Assembly (NCBI GenBank): GCA_965203905.1
Contig: CBDBDQ010000005.1
Location: 5,632,001-5,696,000, forward strand
Reading direction: 5' to 3'
DNA: 64,000 bases
Source: Spirochaetia bacterium
GTDB taxonomy: Bacteria > Spirochaetota > Spirochaetia > SZUA-6 > Bin103
Below the pieces are notes generated by a model. That model made no database searches. It was given only the letters and a program-made list of their open reading frames with translations, and was not told the DNA's origin. The translations under genes were made by a program, and so were the position numbers. Positions 21,077 through 30,193 of the stretch are shown one piece after another. Each line of letters opens with the position of its first letter. Position 1 is the stretch's first letter.

Positions 21077-22537
21077 ATGATCAACCCTGACCACGGGCAG
21101 GATCGGCGCAACGTCATCCTGATCATTGCCGACACATTTCGGCGCGACAACCTGCGGCCCTCGGCGCAGGGTGGCCCGCGCACCCCGCACCTGGACCGCT
21201 TCAGCACCGAGCGCGCGGCGTCGGTGGAGCGTTACTACTGCGGCAGCTTTCCGACCGGGCCCAACCGTACCGACATCGTGACCGGACGTGCCGGCTGGCC
21301 GCACTTCCCGTGGCAGCCGGTGGCGCAGTCCAGCCCCAACCACCTGGCGCGGCTGTTCGCCGGCGCCGGCTACCTGACCCAGCTCATCTGCGACTCCTCC
21401 CACCTGATCCAGCCCAACCTGGCCCTGTTCCCCGGCTTCCACGCCTGGTACTGCGAACGCGGCCAGGAGGGGGATACCCCCCTGCTGCACGCCAACGACC
21501 CGATCCCGGCGGTGGTGCCGCACGACAAGACCTTTCCGATCCCCGGCGGGCCGCGCCCTACCCTCGTGGACCGTCACCGCTGGCACAACCGCTACTTCGA
21601 GTTGGAGGAACAGACCTTCTCCTACCGCACCGCGCGCACCACGGTGCGCTGGCTGGAGGAGAACTATCGCAGCCCGCAGCCGTTCTTCCTGTGGGTGGAT
21701 TTCTTCGATCCCCACGAACCGTGGGATCCGCCGGAGTACCTGGTGCGACGCTACGACCCCGATTACGCCGGAACCCCGATGATAATGCCGAATTACGGTC
21801 TCGCCAGCCGTTACACTCCGGCCGAGCTGGCCAATCTGCGTGCCCACTACCTCGCGGAGACGGAGCTGGTGGACCGCCACGTCGGACGCATTCTGGAGAA
21901 GATCGAGGATCTGGAGATGTGGGAGGACACGGTGGTGGTGTTCGCCTCCGATCACGGCACCTCGCTGGGCGAGCACGGGCGCACCTCGAAGATCAACCGC
22001 GACCCCGACGACGGCCGCTACTGGACGCTGTCGCCGGAGCTGTCGCACATCCCGTTGCTGGTTGCGGCGCCGGGCGTCACCCCGGGCGCCCGCCACCAGG
22101 TGTTCGCCCAGCCGGTGGACCTGATGCCGACGCTGTTCGACCTGAGCGGGGTGTCGGCCGACGGCGCGGTGGCGACGCCGGAGCCGCTGCACGGCCACTC
22201 CCTGGCAGCGGCGATGCGCGGGCACAACACTGGCCGGCGCGCCGCCACGCTGTCCGGATCGTACCCCGGTGAGATCGGACCGGGCGACCGGTGGCCACGC
22301 GGAATCAACACGCCTTTCGTGATTTCCGAGGAGTACGGCTACGCTCCCATCGGCGAGGATGGCACCGCCCAGCTCTTCGATCTCGCCGCAGATCCGCTGG
22401 CCGAGCGCCCGCTCGGTGCCGCCAGCGCGGACCTGGACGAGGGCCACGCCCGGCTCAGCGCGCTGCTGCAGGAGATCGATGCACCGCAACGGCTGCTGGA
22501 GTTCTTCGGCCGCGGCGCCCGGCCTGGGAGCGGCTGA
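21077..22537 (+). CDS. Sulfatase-fold (alkaline phosphatase superfamily) hydrolase with Thr at the nucleophile position
   Basis: NVILIIADTFR, GSFPTGPNRTDIVTGR, FFDPHEP, FASDHG.LGEH. Confidence 0.85.
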   Translation: MINPDHGQDRRNVILIIADTFRRDNLRPSAQGGPRTPHLDRFSTERAASVERYYCGSFPTGPNRTDIVTGRAGWPHFPWQPVAQSSPNHLARLFAGAGYLTQLICDSSHLIQPNLALFPGFHAWYCERGQEGDTPLLHANDPIPAVVPHDKTFPIPGGPRPTLVDRHRWHNRYFELEEQTFSYRTARTTVRWLEENYRSPQPFFLWVDFFDPHEPWDPPEYLVRRYDPDYAGTPMIMPNYGLASRYTPAELANLRAHYLAETELVDRHVGRILEKIEDLEMWEDTVVVFASDHGTSLGEHGRTSKINRDPDDGRYWTLSPELSHIPLLVAAPGVTPGARHQVFAQPVDLMPTLFDLSGVSADGAVATPEPLHGHSLAAAMRGHNTGRRAATLSGSYPGEIGPGDRWPRGINTPFVISEEYGYAPIGEDGTAQLFDLAADPLAERPLGAASADLDEGHARLSALLQEIDAPQRLLEFFGRGARPGSG

Positions 22538-22621
22538 AGCGCCCCTCCGCGACGGCCGTGGCCGTCGTTGTCCGCCGTGCCCGGACCTGTCGGCGGCTGC
22601 GACTCGTGCTATGGTTCCCGC

Positions 22622-22960
22622 GTGGACCTGCGAACGGCCATCTCGATCTTTGCCCGTCACAGCGCCGACTTCGTCGTCGCATACGTGTTCGGTTCGGTCG
22701 CTGCCGGCAGCGCTGACGAGCACAGCGACATCGACGTGATTCTGGTGCGCCATACGGCGCTGCCGTTCTTCGATCGGGTCCGGGAGGTAATGGACCTCCG
22801 TCTCGCCCTGGGAGCTGCGGATCTTCTGATCTATACCCCGGCGGAGCTGGAGGAGATGCTCGCCGAGGAGGGCCGCTACTTCGTCAAGCAGGCGGTGCGC
22901 ACAGGACAGCGGATTGAAGGAACCCAACAGGGAAGCGGATCGCTGGCTCAGACAAGCTGA
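22622..22960 (+). CDS. Minimal nucleotidyltransferase (MNT antitoxin)
   Basis: YVFGSVAAG..SDIDV, DLLIYTP. Confidence 0.85.
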   Translation: MDLRTAISIFARHSADFVVAYVFGSVAAGSADEHSDIDVILVRHTALPFFDRVREVMDLRLALGAADLLIYTPAELEEMLAEEGRYFVKQAVRTGQRIEGTQQGSGSLAQTS

Positions 22961-23324
22961 GGACGACCTGCGGTTCGCCCGGCTCGGGTTGCGCGAGGGA
23001 TTCTTCGCGCAGGTGTGCTTCCAGTGCCAGCAGATCTGCGAGAAGGCGATCAAGGCGCTCCGCTACGGCCGCGGCGAACGAGTGGTGTACGGTCACGCGC
23101 TGGTCGAGCTGGCCGCGCCACTGGCGGTGATGACCCGGTTCCGTGAGAGTCTGGCAATCCTGGACCAGTACTATGTTCCCACCCGGTACCCCAACGGGTT
23201 GCCAGGCGGCGTCCCGTCGGAGGTCTACTCCAGGACCCAGGCGAGTGCCGCCGTGAAGATCGCACAACAGGTCATTGCCGTGGTCCGCCGGGAGCTGCAT
23301 TCACAGCCCGACGCCGGCGCCTGA
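22914..23324 (+). CDS. HEPN-domain protein (MNT-HEPN pair)
   Basis: WLRQAEDDL, CFQCQQ.CEKAIKA, GH.L, YVPTRYP; overlaps the MNT gene. Confidence 0.85.
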   Translation: MKEPNREADRWLRQAEDDLRFARLGLREGFFAQVCFQCQQICEKAIKALRYGRGERVVYGHALVELAAPLAVMTRFRESLAILDQYYVPTRYPNGLPGGVPSEVYSRTQASAAVKIAQQVIAVVRRELHSQPDAGA

Positions 23325-23333
23325 TGCCAGCCG

Positions 23334-23586
23334 TCACAGCGCGGCGGCGGCCTGCGCCACGGCACGTTCCGGGGTGAGGGCCACGAACGCCCGGTTCATC
23401 GGTTCGCAGCCGATTCGGGCCGCGGTAGCCGATCGCCGCCAGCCGTTCCAGCCGGCTGTCGTCCAGGCGGCGGAGCTGGGCGCGCGAAAGGCCGAGGCCG
23501 GCAACGCCGTGGCGCCGGGCCAGCGTCACGCCGGTCTCCGCCTCCATGTCTACCCCGAGCAGGTGGGCGTTCACCGTGCCGAACAT
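23334..23586 (-). pseudogene. Internally deleted, frameshifted sugar-phosphate isomerase/epimerase (xylose-isomerase-like TIM barrel)
   Basis: N-terminus MFGTVNAHLLG..LARRHGVAGL joined to C-terminal LAAIGYRGP[+1 A]IGCEPMNRAFVALTPERAVAQAAAAL*. Confidence 0.6.
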
Positions 23587-23599
23587 GCGCGTCCCGACC

Positions 23600-24610
23600 T
23601 CACCCGCGGTCGATGCGCCAGCGGGGCGCGGTAAGGTCGATCTCGCGCCCCGCCTCCGCGCTGGCGTAGGCGCCCTGCACCACGGCCACGTCGGCGGCGG
23701 ATTCCCAAGCCTCGGGGCCGCGCGCTGCCTCCCCGTCGAGGCGGCGCAGCAGGTCGCGGTACACCGGCGTGTAGGGGTTGGCGGACACCTCCAAGGGTGC
23801 CTCGTGCTCGGCGCCGGTACGCGTCACCAGGCGCCAGCGGGCGGCGTCGAAAGTCACCATCCCCTCCTCGAACAGGTAGTGCGTGGTGAGCGGCCACCAC
23901 GGCGGGCGCGCCACGTAACCCAGCTCCTCGTAGTGCATGGCCCCGCCGCCGCGGTAGCGGACCAGCGCCGAGGTGCAGGCCTCCACCGGGTGCTCGGCAA
24001 GACGGGACACGGCGGCACTCACGGCGCACGGAACCAGACCCGGCAGGCAGGCGCGGGTCTGCGCCAGCCGGTGCAGGCCGACGTTGGCGAACATGCCGCC
24101 GCCGCTGGCGGCCGGATCGAGGAACCAGCCGGGACGCCCGGCATGGAAATAGAAGCGCACGTTGTGATGCATCCCGCTGAGAAAGCGGCCCAGGGTCCCA
24201 CCGTGAAACAGCGCGCCCGTGCGCAGGGCGCCCGGATGGTAGGCGGCGGTGTCGCTCACCGCCAGGACGCGCCGGGCGCGGCGCGCCGCCTGCAGCAGGG
24301 TGCGGCACTGCTCGACCGATATCGCCAGCGGCTTCTCCACCAGCACGTGGCAGCCGGCCTCCAGTGCGGCCACGGCCACGTCGCCGTGGAGGTGGTGCGG
24401 CAATGCCACCACCACTACGTCCGGCGCCGTCTGCAGCAGTTCGCGGTAGTGGTGGAAGCCCGGTACGGAGGCTTTCGCGCTGCGCCGGGTCACGACGTCG
24501 GGATCGAGGTCGCACACCCCCGTCAGCCGCAGCCGTTGCTGATCCCTGATGGCGGACAGGTGCGCGCCGGCAATGGTGCCGAGACCGACCACTGTTGCCG
24601 TGTAGGTCAT
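23600..24610 (-). CDS. Gfo/Idh/MocA oxidoreductase
   Basis: VVGLGTIA, LPHHLH, HVLVEKP, GGG. Confidence 0.88.
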   Translation of the reverse strand: MTYTATVVGLGTIAGAHLSAIRDQQRLRLTGVCDLDPDVVTRRSAKASVPGFHHYRELLQTAPDVVVVALPHHLHGDVAVAALEAGCHVLVEKPLAISVEQCRTLLQAARRARRVLAVSDTAAYHPGALRTGALFHGGTLGRFLSGMHHNVRFYFHAGRPGWFLDPAASGGGMFANVGLHRLAQTRACLPGLVPCAVSAAVSRLAEHPVEACTSALVRYRGGGAMHYEELGYVARPPWWPLTTHYLFEEGMVTFDAARWRLVTRTGAEHEAPLEVSANPYTPVYRDLLRRLDGEAARGPEAWESAADVAVVQGAYASAEAGREIDLTAPRWRIDRG

Positions 24611-24687
24611 GCCCGGCGCAGTGTAGCGCGTGCCGGGTTGGCATGTTGCGCGGTAATGCTCCACCATGGCGGTAAGCGGAGGCAGCG

Positions 24688-25896
24688 ATGCAGTTTCATG
24701 CGCGGGTGGACGTGAAGCGGGTCCTGGCGCAGGACCTCGAGGCGCTGCGCGAAGGCGCCGTCGGGGACCTGGTAGCGGCGACTGACGGGCTGGTGCGCTG
24801 GGCCGACCGGGTGCGGGATCCGCAGGCTCCCTACCGGTTCCGCTGGGCGGTCGAGGCGCTGCGGGCGGCCGACGTGGCCAGCACCAGCTACATCCTCAAT
24901 CGGCTGGTCGATGCCGGGGTGATCGACCGAGTGCTCACTCCCGCGCAGCAGCGCGACGGACGGCGCTGGATCCGCTCCCTGGAGACCGCCCCCGAAAGCT
25001 ACGAGGATCCCTCCTTGCTGGCCTACAAGCCGCCACGATGGGATGACGCGGAGGAGCCCTGGCCGCCCACGGCGGCGCACAAGGAAGCGATGAACCAGTA
25101 TGCCCGTGGCTGCCTGCGCGGCTACGGCGACCTGACACTGGACGCCATCCACGGTCCGCCGCCGCCCGACTGGCCGCAGCAGCACCAGGCCGACCAGGTG
25201 CTGGCCTGGATCCAGGGCGTCGAGCCCAACTGGAGCTGGATCGGGCGCATGATCCGCCGCCTGATGGACTGGTACCTGGCGGGCACCACCGGCCTGGATC
25301 CGCTGCTGGAGTGTCTGCGCTGGGCTTACAGCCGGCAGGATCCGCGCACCGGCTTCTGGGCCGGCGGCATCCAGACCACCTTCAAGATCATCATCGCGGT
25401 GCTGGAGCCGCTGGGGCTGCCGGTGCCGCACGCCGAGCGCCTGGTGGACTCGGTGCTGCGCACCATGTACCACCGTGACTACGACGATAACCTGTTCCCC
25501 TGTGAAGAGTTCGATGCGTTCTACGACATCGCCGCCGCGTGGCAGCAGGTTCCGGAGTACCGCCGCGAGGAGGTGCTCAAGTGGGCCGCCTACCGCATCA
25601 GCTTCATCCTCAACACCCATGTGCAGGAGGACGAGGGTCTGGCCAGCTACCCCGACCACTGCATCCCGACCTGGCTGAAGTGGGACATGGCGCCGGCGCT
25701 GCCCCAGGGGGACGCCTTCGGGCTCGCCATCTTCGGCGCCGGCTTCGACATCTGCATCGACCTGCTCGGCGTCCAGCAACGGACCGGCTGGGCCGGAAAC
25801 TGGCGCTACGACGCGCGCGACGCCACCGCCTACCGTGAGTTGGGACGCGAGGTAGTGGGACAGCTCGGACTCGGCCGCCGCCAGACCGCGCCCTGA
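24688..25896 (+). CDS. Hypothetical protein, possibly an alpha/alpha-barrel with a prenyltransferase-like repeat
   Basis: Long ORF with coding-like codon use; RQDPRTGFW motif shared with 26454-27794. Confidence 0.55.
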   Translation: MQFHARVDVKRVLAQDLEALREGAVGDLVAATDGLVRWADRVRDPQAPYRFRWAVEALRAADVASTSYILNRLVDAGVIDRVLTPAQQRDGRRWIRSLETAPESYEDPSLLAYKPPRWDDAEEPWPPTAAHKEAMNQYARGCLRGYGDLTLDAIHGPPPPDWPQQHQADQVLAWIQGVEPNWSWIGRMIRRLMDWYLAGTTGLDPLLECLRWAYSRQDPRTGFWAGGIQTTFKIIIAVLEPLGLPVPHAERLVDSVLRTMYHRDYDDNLFPCEEFDAFYDIAAAWQQVPEYRREEVLKWAAYRISFILNTHVQEDEGLASYPDHCIPTWLKWDMAPALPQGDAFGLAIFGAGFDICIDLLGVQQRTGWAGNWRYDARDATAYRELGREVVGQLGLGRRQTAP

Positions 25897-26000
25897 ACCG
25901 ATGCCCGACCGCCGGGTCGCAGCAGCCCGGTTCGTCCCGTGCCGGCGGCAGCGGACAGCGCCGGCAGTATCGCGATTCTCTTACGCCCTACTCGTATGCC

Positions 26001-26390
26001 CTACTGTTCAGGGCACCACAGCGCCACCGCATCGGCATCATGAGTGGGGGTCGTTACACTGCCGGTAATCGCGGAAGCCACGTACTCGCCATCGCCGGGA
26101 TCTTCCACGCGCTGCAACAGAAGGGTATTGGCGCCGAGCTTGCCGGCTTCTTCGCGCAGCCGGTCGACCATTTCCCCGCGGTCGGATCCGAACTCGGTTG
26201 CACTGGCATACATGAGCGCAACCCGTTCGCAGGTCTCGGGCACCTCGTCGGTGGCGAGTAGCACGTCCACCCCGTCGATACCTACAGGATGGGCGGAGCG
26301 ATCCAGCAAGACCGACTTGCTGACGTTCACGCATCCGACGAGGAGCACAAGGAAGGCTACGGAGGCGATCTTCGAAACACGCCAGATCAT
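26001..26390 (-). CDS. Hypothetical lipoprotein
   Basis: MIWRVSKIASVAFLVLLVG-C lipobox; LREEAGKLGAN motif. Confidence 0.6.
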   Translation of the reverse strand: MIWRVSKIASVAFLVLLVGCVNVSKSVLLDRSAHPVGIDGVDVLLATDEVPETCERVALMYASATEFGSDRGEMVDRLREEAGKLGANTLLLQRVEDPGDGEYVASAITGSVTTPTHDADAVALWCPEQ

Positions 26391-26453
26391 TTCCGCAAAC
26401 ATAACGGGGGCCAGCCGCGCGGTCAACGGCGGCGGCGTAAGGCCCGGACTTCG

Positions 26454-27794
26454 TCAGCCGGTGAAGGGATGGCCGCGGGTGTGGTGGATGATGCCGGAGC
26501 GGACCCGCACGCTGCCGTCCGGGGAGCGCTCGATGATCGGGCCCTCGCGCCAGTTGTAGATGGTGTTGATGCGCATGTAGGGGTGGTCGAGCAGCAGGGA
26601 CGCCATGTACAGCGGGATCGCCAGGTTGTGCTTGCCGTGCCAGGTGCCCTCGCGGAACCAGCCGGCCGCGTCGTCCCAGTTGTCGAGGAAGGTGAGGAAC
26701 GAGGCCGCGGTGGCGGCGTCCACCTCCGCGGCGCGATGGTCGTTGCCCCGGCAGCGCAGCACGTAGAGCACCTGCATCGGGTCGAACACGCTGCACCCCT
26801 GGCCGGCGAAACCGCGCTCGCGGTCGCTGCCGCCGAGCACGAAGTCGACGATGGCGCGCTGGCGCGGGATCTTCCAGCCCAGCCGCTCGTAGGTCACGAA
26901 CAGCTTGAAGATGCCGTTGACCACGTTGTGATGCGGGGACTCGACGCCCGCGTACCAGGCCCCGGTGGTGCGGTCCTGGCGCGCCTCCAGCCACTGTTGG
27001 ACGAATTCGATCACCGCGTCCTGTCGGGGCAAGCCGGATTCGGCGGGGGTGCGGTCGCCCTCCCCGCCTTCCGCTGTCGCGGCCTGGAGGGCCAGGTGGG
27101 TCTCCACCGCCCGGGAGGTCCAGCTTCCGGCGGTCCACGGCGGATGCGCGGCCCAGGTCTGCTCCAGCCACTGCCGCGCGTCGTCGACGGTGGCGAGGTA
27201 GTCGCGGTTGGACTGGGCGCCGGCGGGCAGCCGGTAGCGGTCGGCCATGAACACCCGGTTGCGCAGCTGCCATTCGAACCCCGACGACACGTAGCGCTCG
27301 GGGGAGGCCACGGCGCCGCCGATGGTGCCGTCGCCTTGCGGGACCCGCAGCAGGTTGGTGACCGGGTCGCGGTGCTCCAGGATGGCCCCGGTCCAGGCGG
27401 CGAGCACGTCCTCGTCGGGGCCCCAGGGCGGCTGCCGCGGCGGCGTGAAGCCCATGGCGCGTAGCTCTCCGAAGGCGCCGAGCGCCATGCTGGAGATGAA
27501 CAGCAAGGGATCCGATTCGCCGGGGGCGGAGGTGAACAGCCAGGGATGACGCGTGCTGCGGGTGGCGTCGAAGAATCCGAACGCCCGCTCCAGACGCACC
27601 GCCATCTCGGCGAAGATGTCGCGCAACGGGTAGCGCGCGCATGCCGGGCAGGCCGCCGGAGCCCCGGCGCGCATGGGGTTCACCGCGATACAACCTGGGC
27701 AGTAGTAGTACACCTGCCCGCGTGGCCAGGCGCTCGCCGGGAGCAGCAGGTGACACGCCGCCGGCGCCGCCACACGGCTCACAAGGTCACTCAC
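26454..27794 (-). CDS. Hypothetical protein with N-terminal CxxC-CxxC and a QDxxTGxW motif
   Basis: CPGC...CPAC; RQDRTTGAW...FKLFVTYERLGWKIP..AIVDFVL. Confidence 0.55.
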   Translation of the reverse strand: MSDLVSRVAAPAACHLLLPASAWPRGQVYYYCPGCIAVNPMRAGAPAACPACARYPLRDIFAEMAVRLERAFGFFDATRSTRHPWLFTSAPGESDPLLFISSMALGAFGELRAMGFTPPRQPPWGPDEDVLAAWTGAILEHRDPVTNLLRVPQGDGTIGGAVASPERYVSSGFEWQLRNRVFMADRYRLPAGAQSNRDYLATVDDARQWLEQTWAAHPPWTAGSWTSRAVETHLALQAATAEGGEGDRTPAESGLPRQDAVIEFVQQWLEARQDRTTGAWYAGVESPHHNVVNGIFKLFVTYERLGWKIPRQRAIVDFVLGGSDRERGFAGQGCSVFDPMQVLYVLRCRGNDHRAAEVDAATAASFLTFLDNWDDAAGWFREGTWHGKHNLAIPLYMASLLLDHPYMRINTIYNWREGPIIERSPDGSVRVRSGIIHHTRGHPFTG

Positions 27795-27845
27795 GGCGGC
27801 CCGCCGCGTCCTGTTTCTGGGTGCGTTGCATACGAAAGGGCGTGC

Positions 27846-29281
27846 CTATTTGCCATCATCGCTACGTACTCGATTTCGCGGCGGCTGTAAGCTCCGCAAC
27901 TCCGCGACGAACCTCGGCTCATCCGGAAGCAGTTCAATCGCCCTGCGATAGGCAGCCTCGACCTCGCCAAGCGGTACTCGCAACCAGTTCAAGGTTCGCG
28001 CAAGATCGCGCCACGCCCAGGCATGTCGGGCCGGGGCAGCGTCGAGTTGGATCACGCGCTCCAGGAGCGGCCGAGCCTCCGTGAGGAATCTTCGGTTGAG
28101 GTCGCGGCGGCGCTGGCGGAAGGACTCGGTCGCCAACCAGAGTTTGGTCTGGGCGAATTCGTGCAGCGCGCGAGGGTCGGTGTAGATCACGTCTCCGGCA
28201 CGCTCGAAGTATCGATGCGCAGTGCGGGAGTCTCGCGCGCGCCGTGCCAGAATGGCGGCGTCTATGGCGTCCTGGCCCACCACTACCGGGCGGCTGCGGG
28301 TCAGCAGCCTCCGTGCGCTGCCGACTCGTCCCGCCTCTACAAATGCCTCGATCAGCCGATTCTCGACGTGTGGCACCGCCGTGCTCCGAGGTCACCCTCT
28401 GCGCCTTGATGCCTGAATTCGGGTGGACTCCCATCGCTAGGACTTCCTCGCGCAGCGCGACGGTCGAGCAGAGTCACCGAACTCGAACCGAGGGACCGGC
28501 GACATCGCCTGTGTCGGCAAGATCATCGCCTGCGGCGAGGATGCCGGAAGAGATTCGGCTCGACTCCGGGAACCGGGCCGGGACTCCCATGCGGCCCGCT
28601 ACTTGGTAGGCTCCGGCTGATCGACGTCGTAGCCGCGGTGCGCGTTTGTTTCGCGCGTGCTCTCCCACCCCGTACCTGGCTCCGGCCTTTTGCAAGTGCG
28701 CCGCGTCGCGCAGCGCCGACAGGGCACCGTATTCGGGATGTGCGGGCAGAGTGGCCTGGAAGTAGGTGCGCTGCTCGTCGAACTCGAACCGAGGGACCGG
28801 CGATGTCCTCGACCGTTGGCCGCCATCGCCTGAAATACCTTGGGCACACGCGCCCCGGAGAGCCGCCGGGCCTTCGGTCGCATGGCACAGTTTCACGCCG
28901 GGCCGTTGCTCGGCGTTCACTGTCTTCAGAAACTCGCCGATTCGCCGGAATCAGTCGATCGACCGTCTCAGGTGACAACACGGGGAAGTAAGGCGGGTCC
29001 AGGGCGCCGCACTTGCCTCGTAGCCACTTCTGTGCCGCGTCCAGATTGTCGGCGGACAATCCCGCGGGCGGCAGCTCGGCCCGTCCTTCGCGCTCTCCGA
29101 CTCCGATCACCACGTAACCGCCGTTCAGGTTGTGATAGTCGTTTGCGAATGCACAGATGGTGCGGAGTACCTGCGGGCCGGTGTTTTGCGCGTTCCATGA
29201 TTCCTTGAACTCGACCCGTTCCGACTCTACGCCGCGGCAGTAGAGCAGGTCATCGAGGTTTATCGTGAGAGTCGTGCTCAT
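27846..29281 (-). pseudogene. Decayed AlbA_2 (Schlafen-like) / HATPase_c_4 / TPR-like protein
   Basis: ESERVEFKESW..ICAFAN..GGYVVIGV; later fragments VPKVFQAMAANG and PRFEFDEQRTYFQATLPAHP lie in other frames; helical C-terminus 27846-28376. Confidence 0.7.
28478..28803. repeat. 25-bp exact direct repeat (28478-28502 and 28779-28803)
   Basis: cgaactcgaaccgagggaccggcga occurs twice. Confidence 0.85.
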
Positions 29282-29392
29282 CGATGGGGCGTTCGGGAGT
29301 GTACTACACTCGCCGTCTGCCGCCGACCGGTTTGCAATGGCCGCACCGGCCCGCTTGCCACGTGCGCGTTATCGGCCCTACGCTCCACACTC

Positions 29393-30193
29393 ATGGCAAC
29401 CGCACAAGAAGCCGGCACCGCCGCGGCGATCGAGCTGACCGACGAGCAACTCGCCCACTACCGCAGCCATGGTTTCGTGGTGATCGAGAACCTGGTCTCG
29501 GAGGCCGAGCTGACGGCCCTGCAGGAGCGGCTGCGCGAGTACACCCACGGCGGACGTTCGCAGGAGCAACTCCGGGTGCAGATCGAGCCGCGCGTCACGC
29601 GCGGCGAGCTGAGCGTCGAGCATCCCGGCGACGGCATCCGCAAGGTCGACGGGCTGGTGGAATCGGACGACCTGTTCCAGGCGCTCGGGCGCCATCCCAA
29701 CATCGTCGGCGTCCTGACCCGCATTCTGGGGCCGGACATCAAGATGTTCCGCAACGGGGTGCTGCTCAAGCCGCCGGAGGTGGGTTCCGCCAAGGGCATG
29801 CATCAGGACTCGCCCTACTGGCCGATCCGGCCCATGGAGCTGTGCAGCTGCTGGTTCGCCATCGACGAGGCGACGGTCGAGAACGGCTGCATGGGGGTGA
29901 TCGCGGGCGCCCACCTGGACGGTGCCCTGCCCCACGTACACGTGACCGACGACTACGTGATTCCGCCCGAGCACTACGACGCGGCGGCCAAGACGCTGGC
30001 GCCGATGCCGGCCGGCGCGGGACTGTTCTTCCACTCCCTGCTGCCGCATGCCACGGAGCCGAATCTCAGCGACAAGTGGCGCCGTGCCATCGCGCTCTCC
30101 TACATGAGCGCCCGTTCCACCCACACCGATCCCGGCGGCGGTCCGGTCTATTTCCCGATCGCGGGCGCCACCTATCCCGGCTGCGTGAGGTAG
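29393..30193 (+). CDS. PhyH-family Fe(II)/2OG dioxygenase
   Basis: MHQDS...ENGCM..GAH...FFHSLLPH...RRA. Confidence 0.9.
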   Translation: MATAQEAGTAAAIELTDEQLAHYRSHGFVVIENLVSEAELTALQERLREYTHGGRSQEQLRVQIEPRVTRGELSVEHPGDGIRKVDGLVESDDLFQALGRHPNIVGVLTRILGPDIKMFRNGVLLKPPEVGSAKGMHQDSPYWPIRPMELCSCWFAIDEATVENGCMGVIAGAHLDGALPHVHVTDDYVIPPEHYDAAAKTLAPMPAGAGLFFHSLLPHATEPNLSDKWRRAIALSYMSARSTHTDPGGGPVYFPIAGATYPGCVR

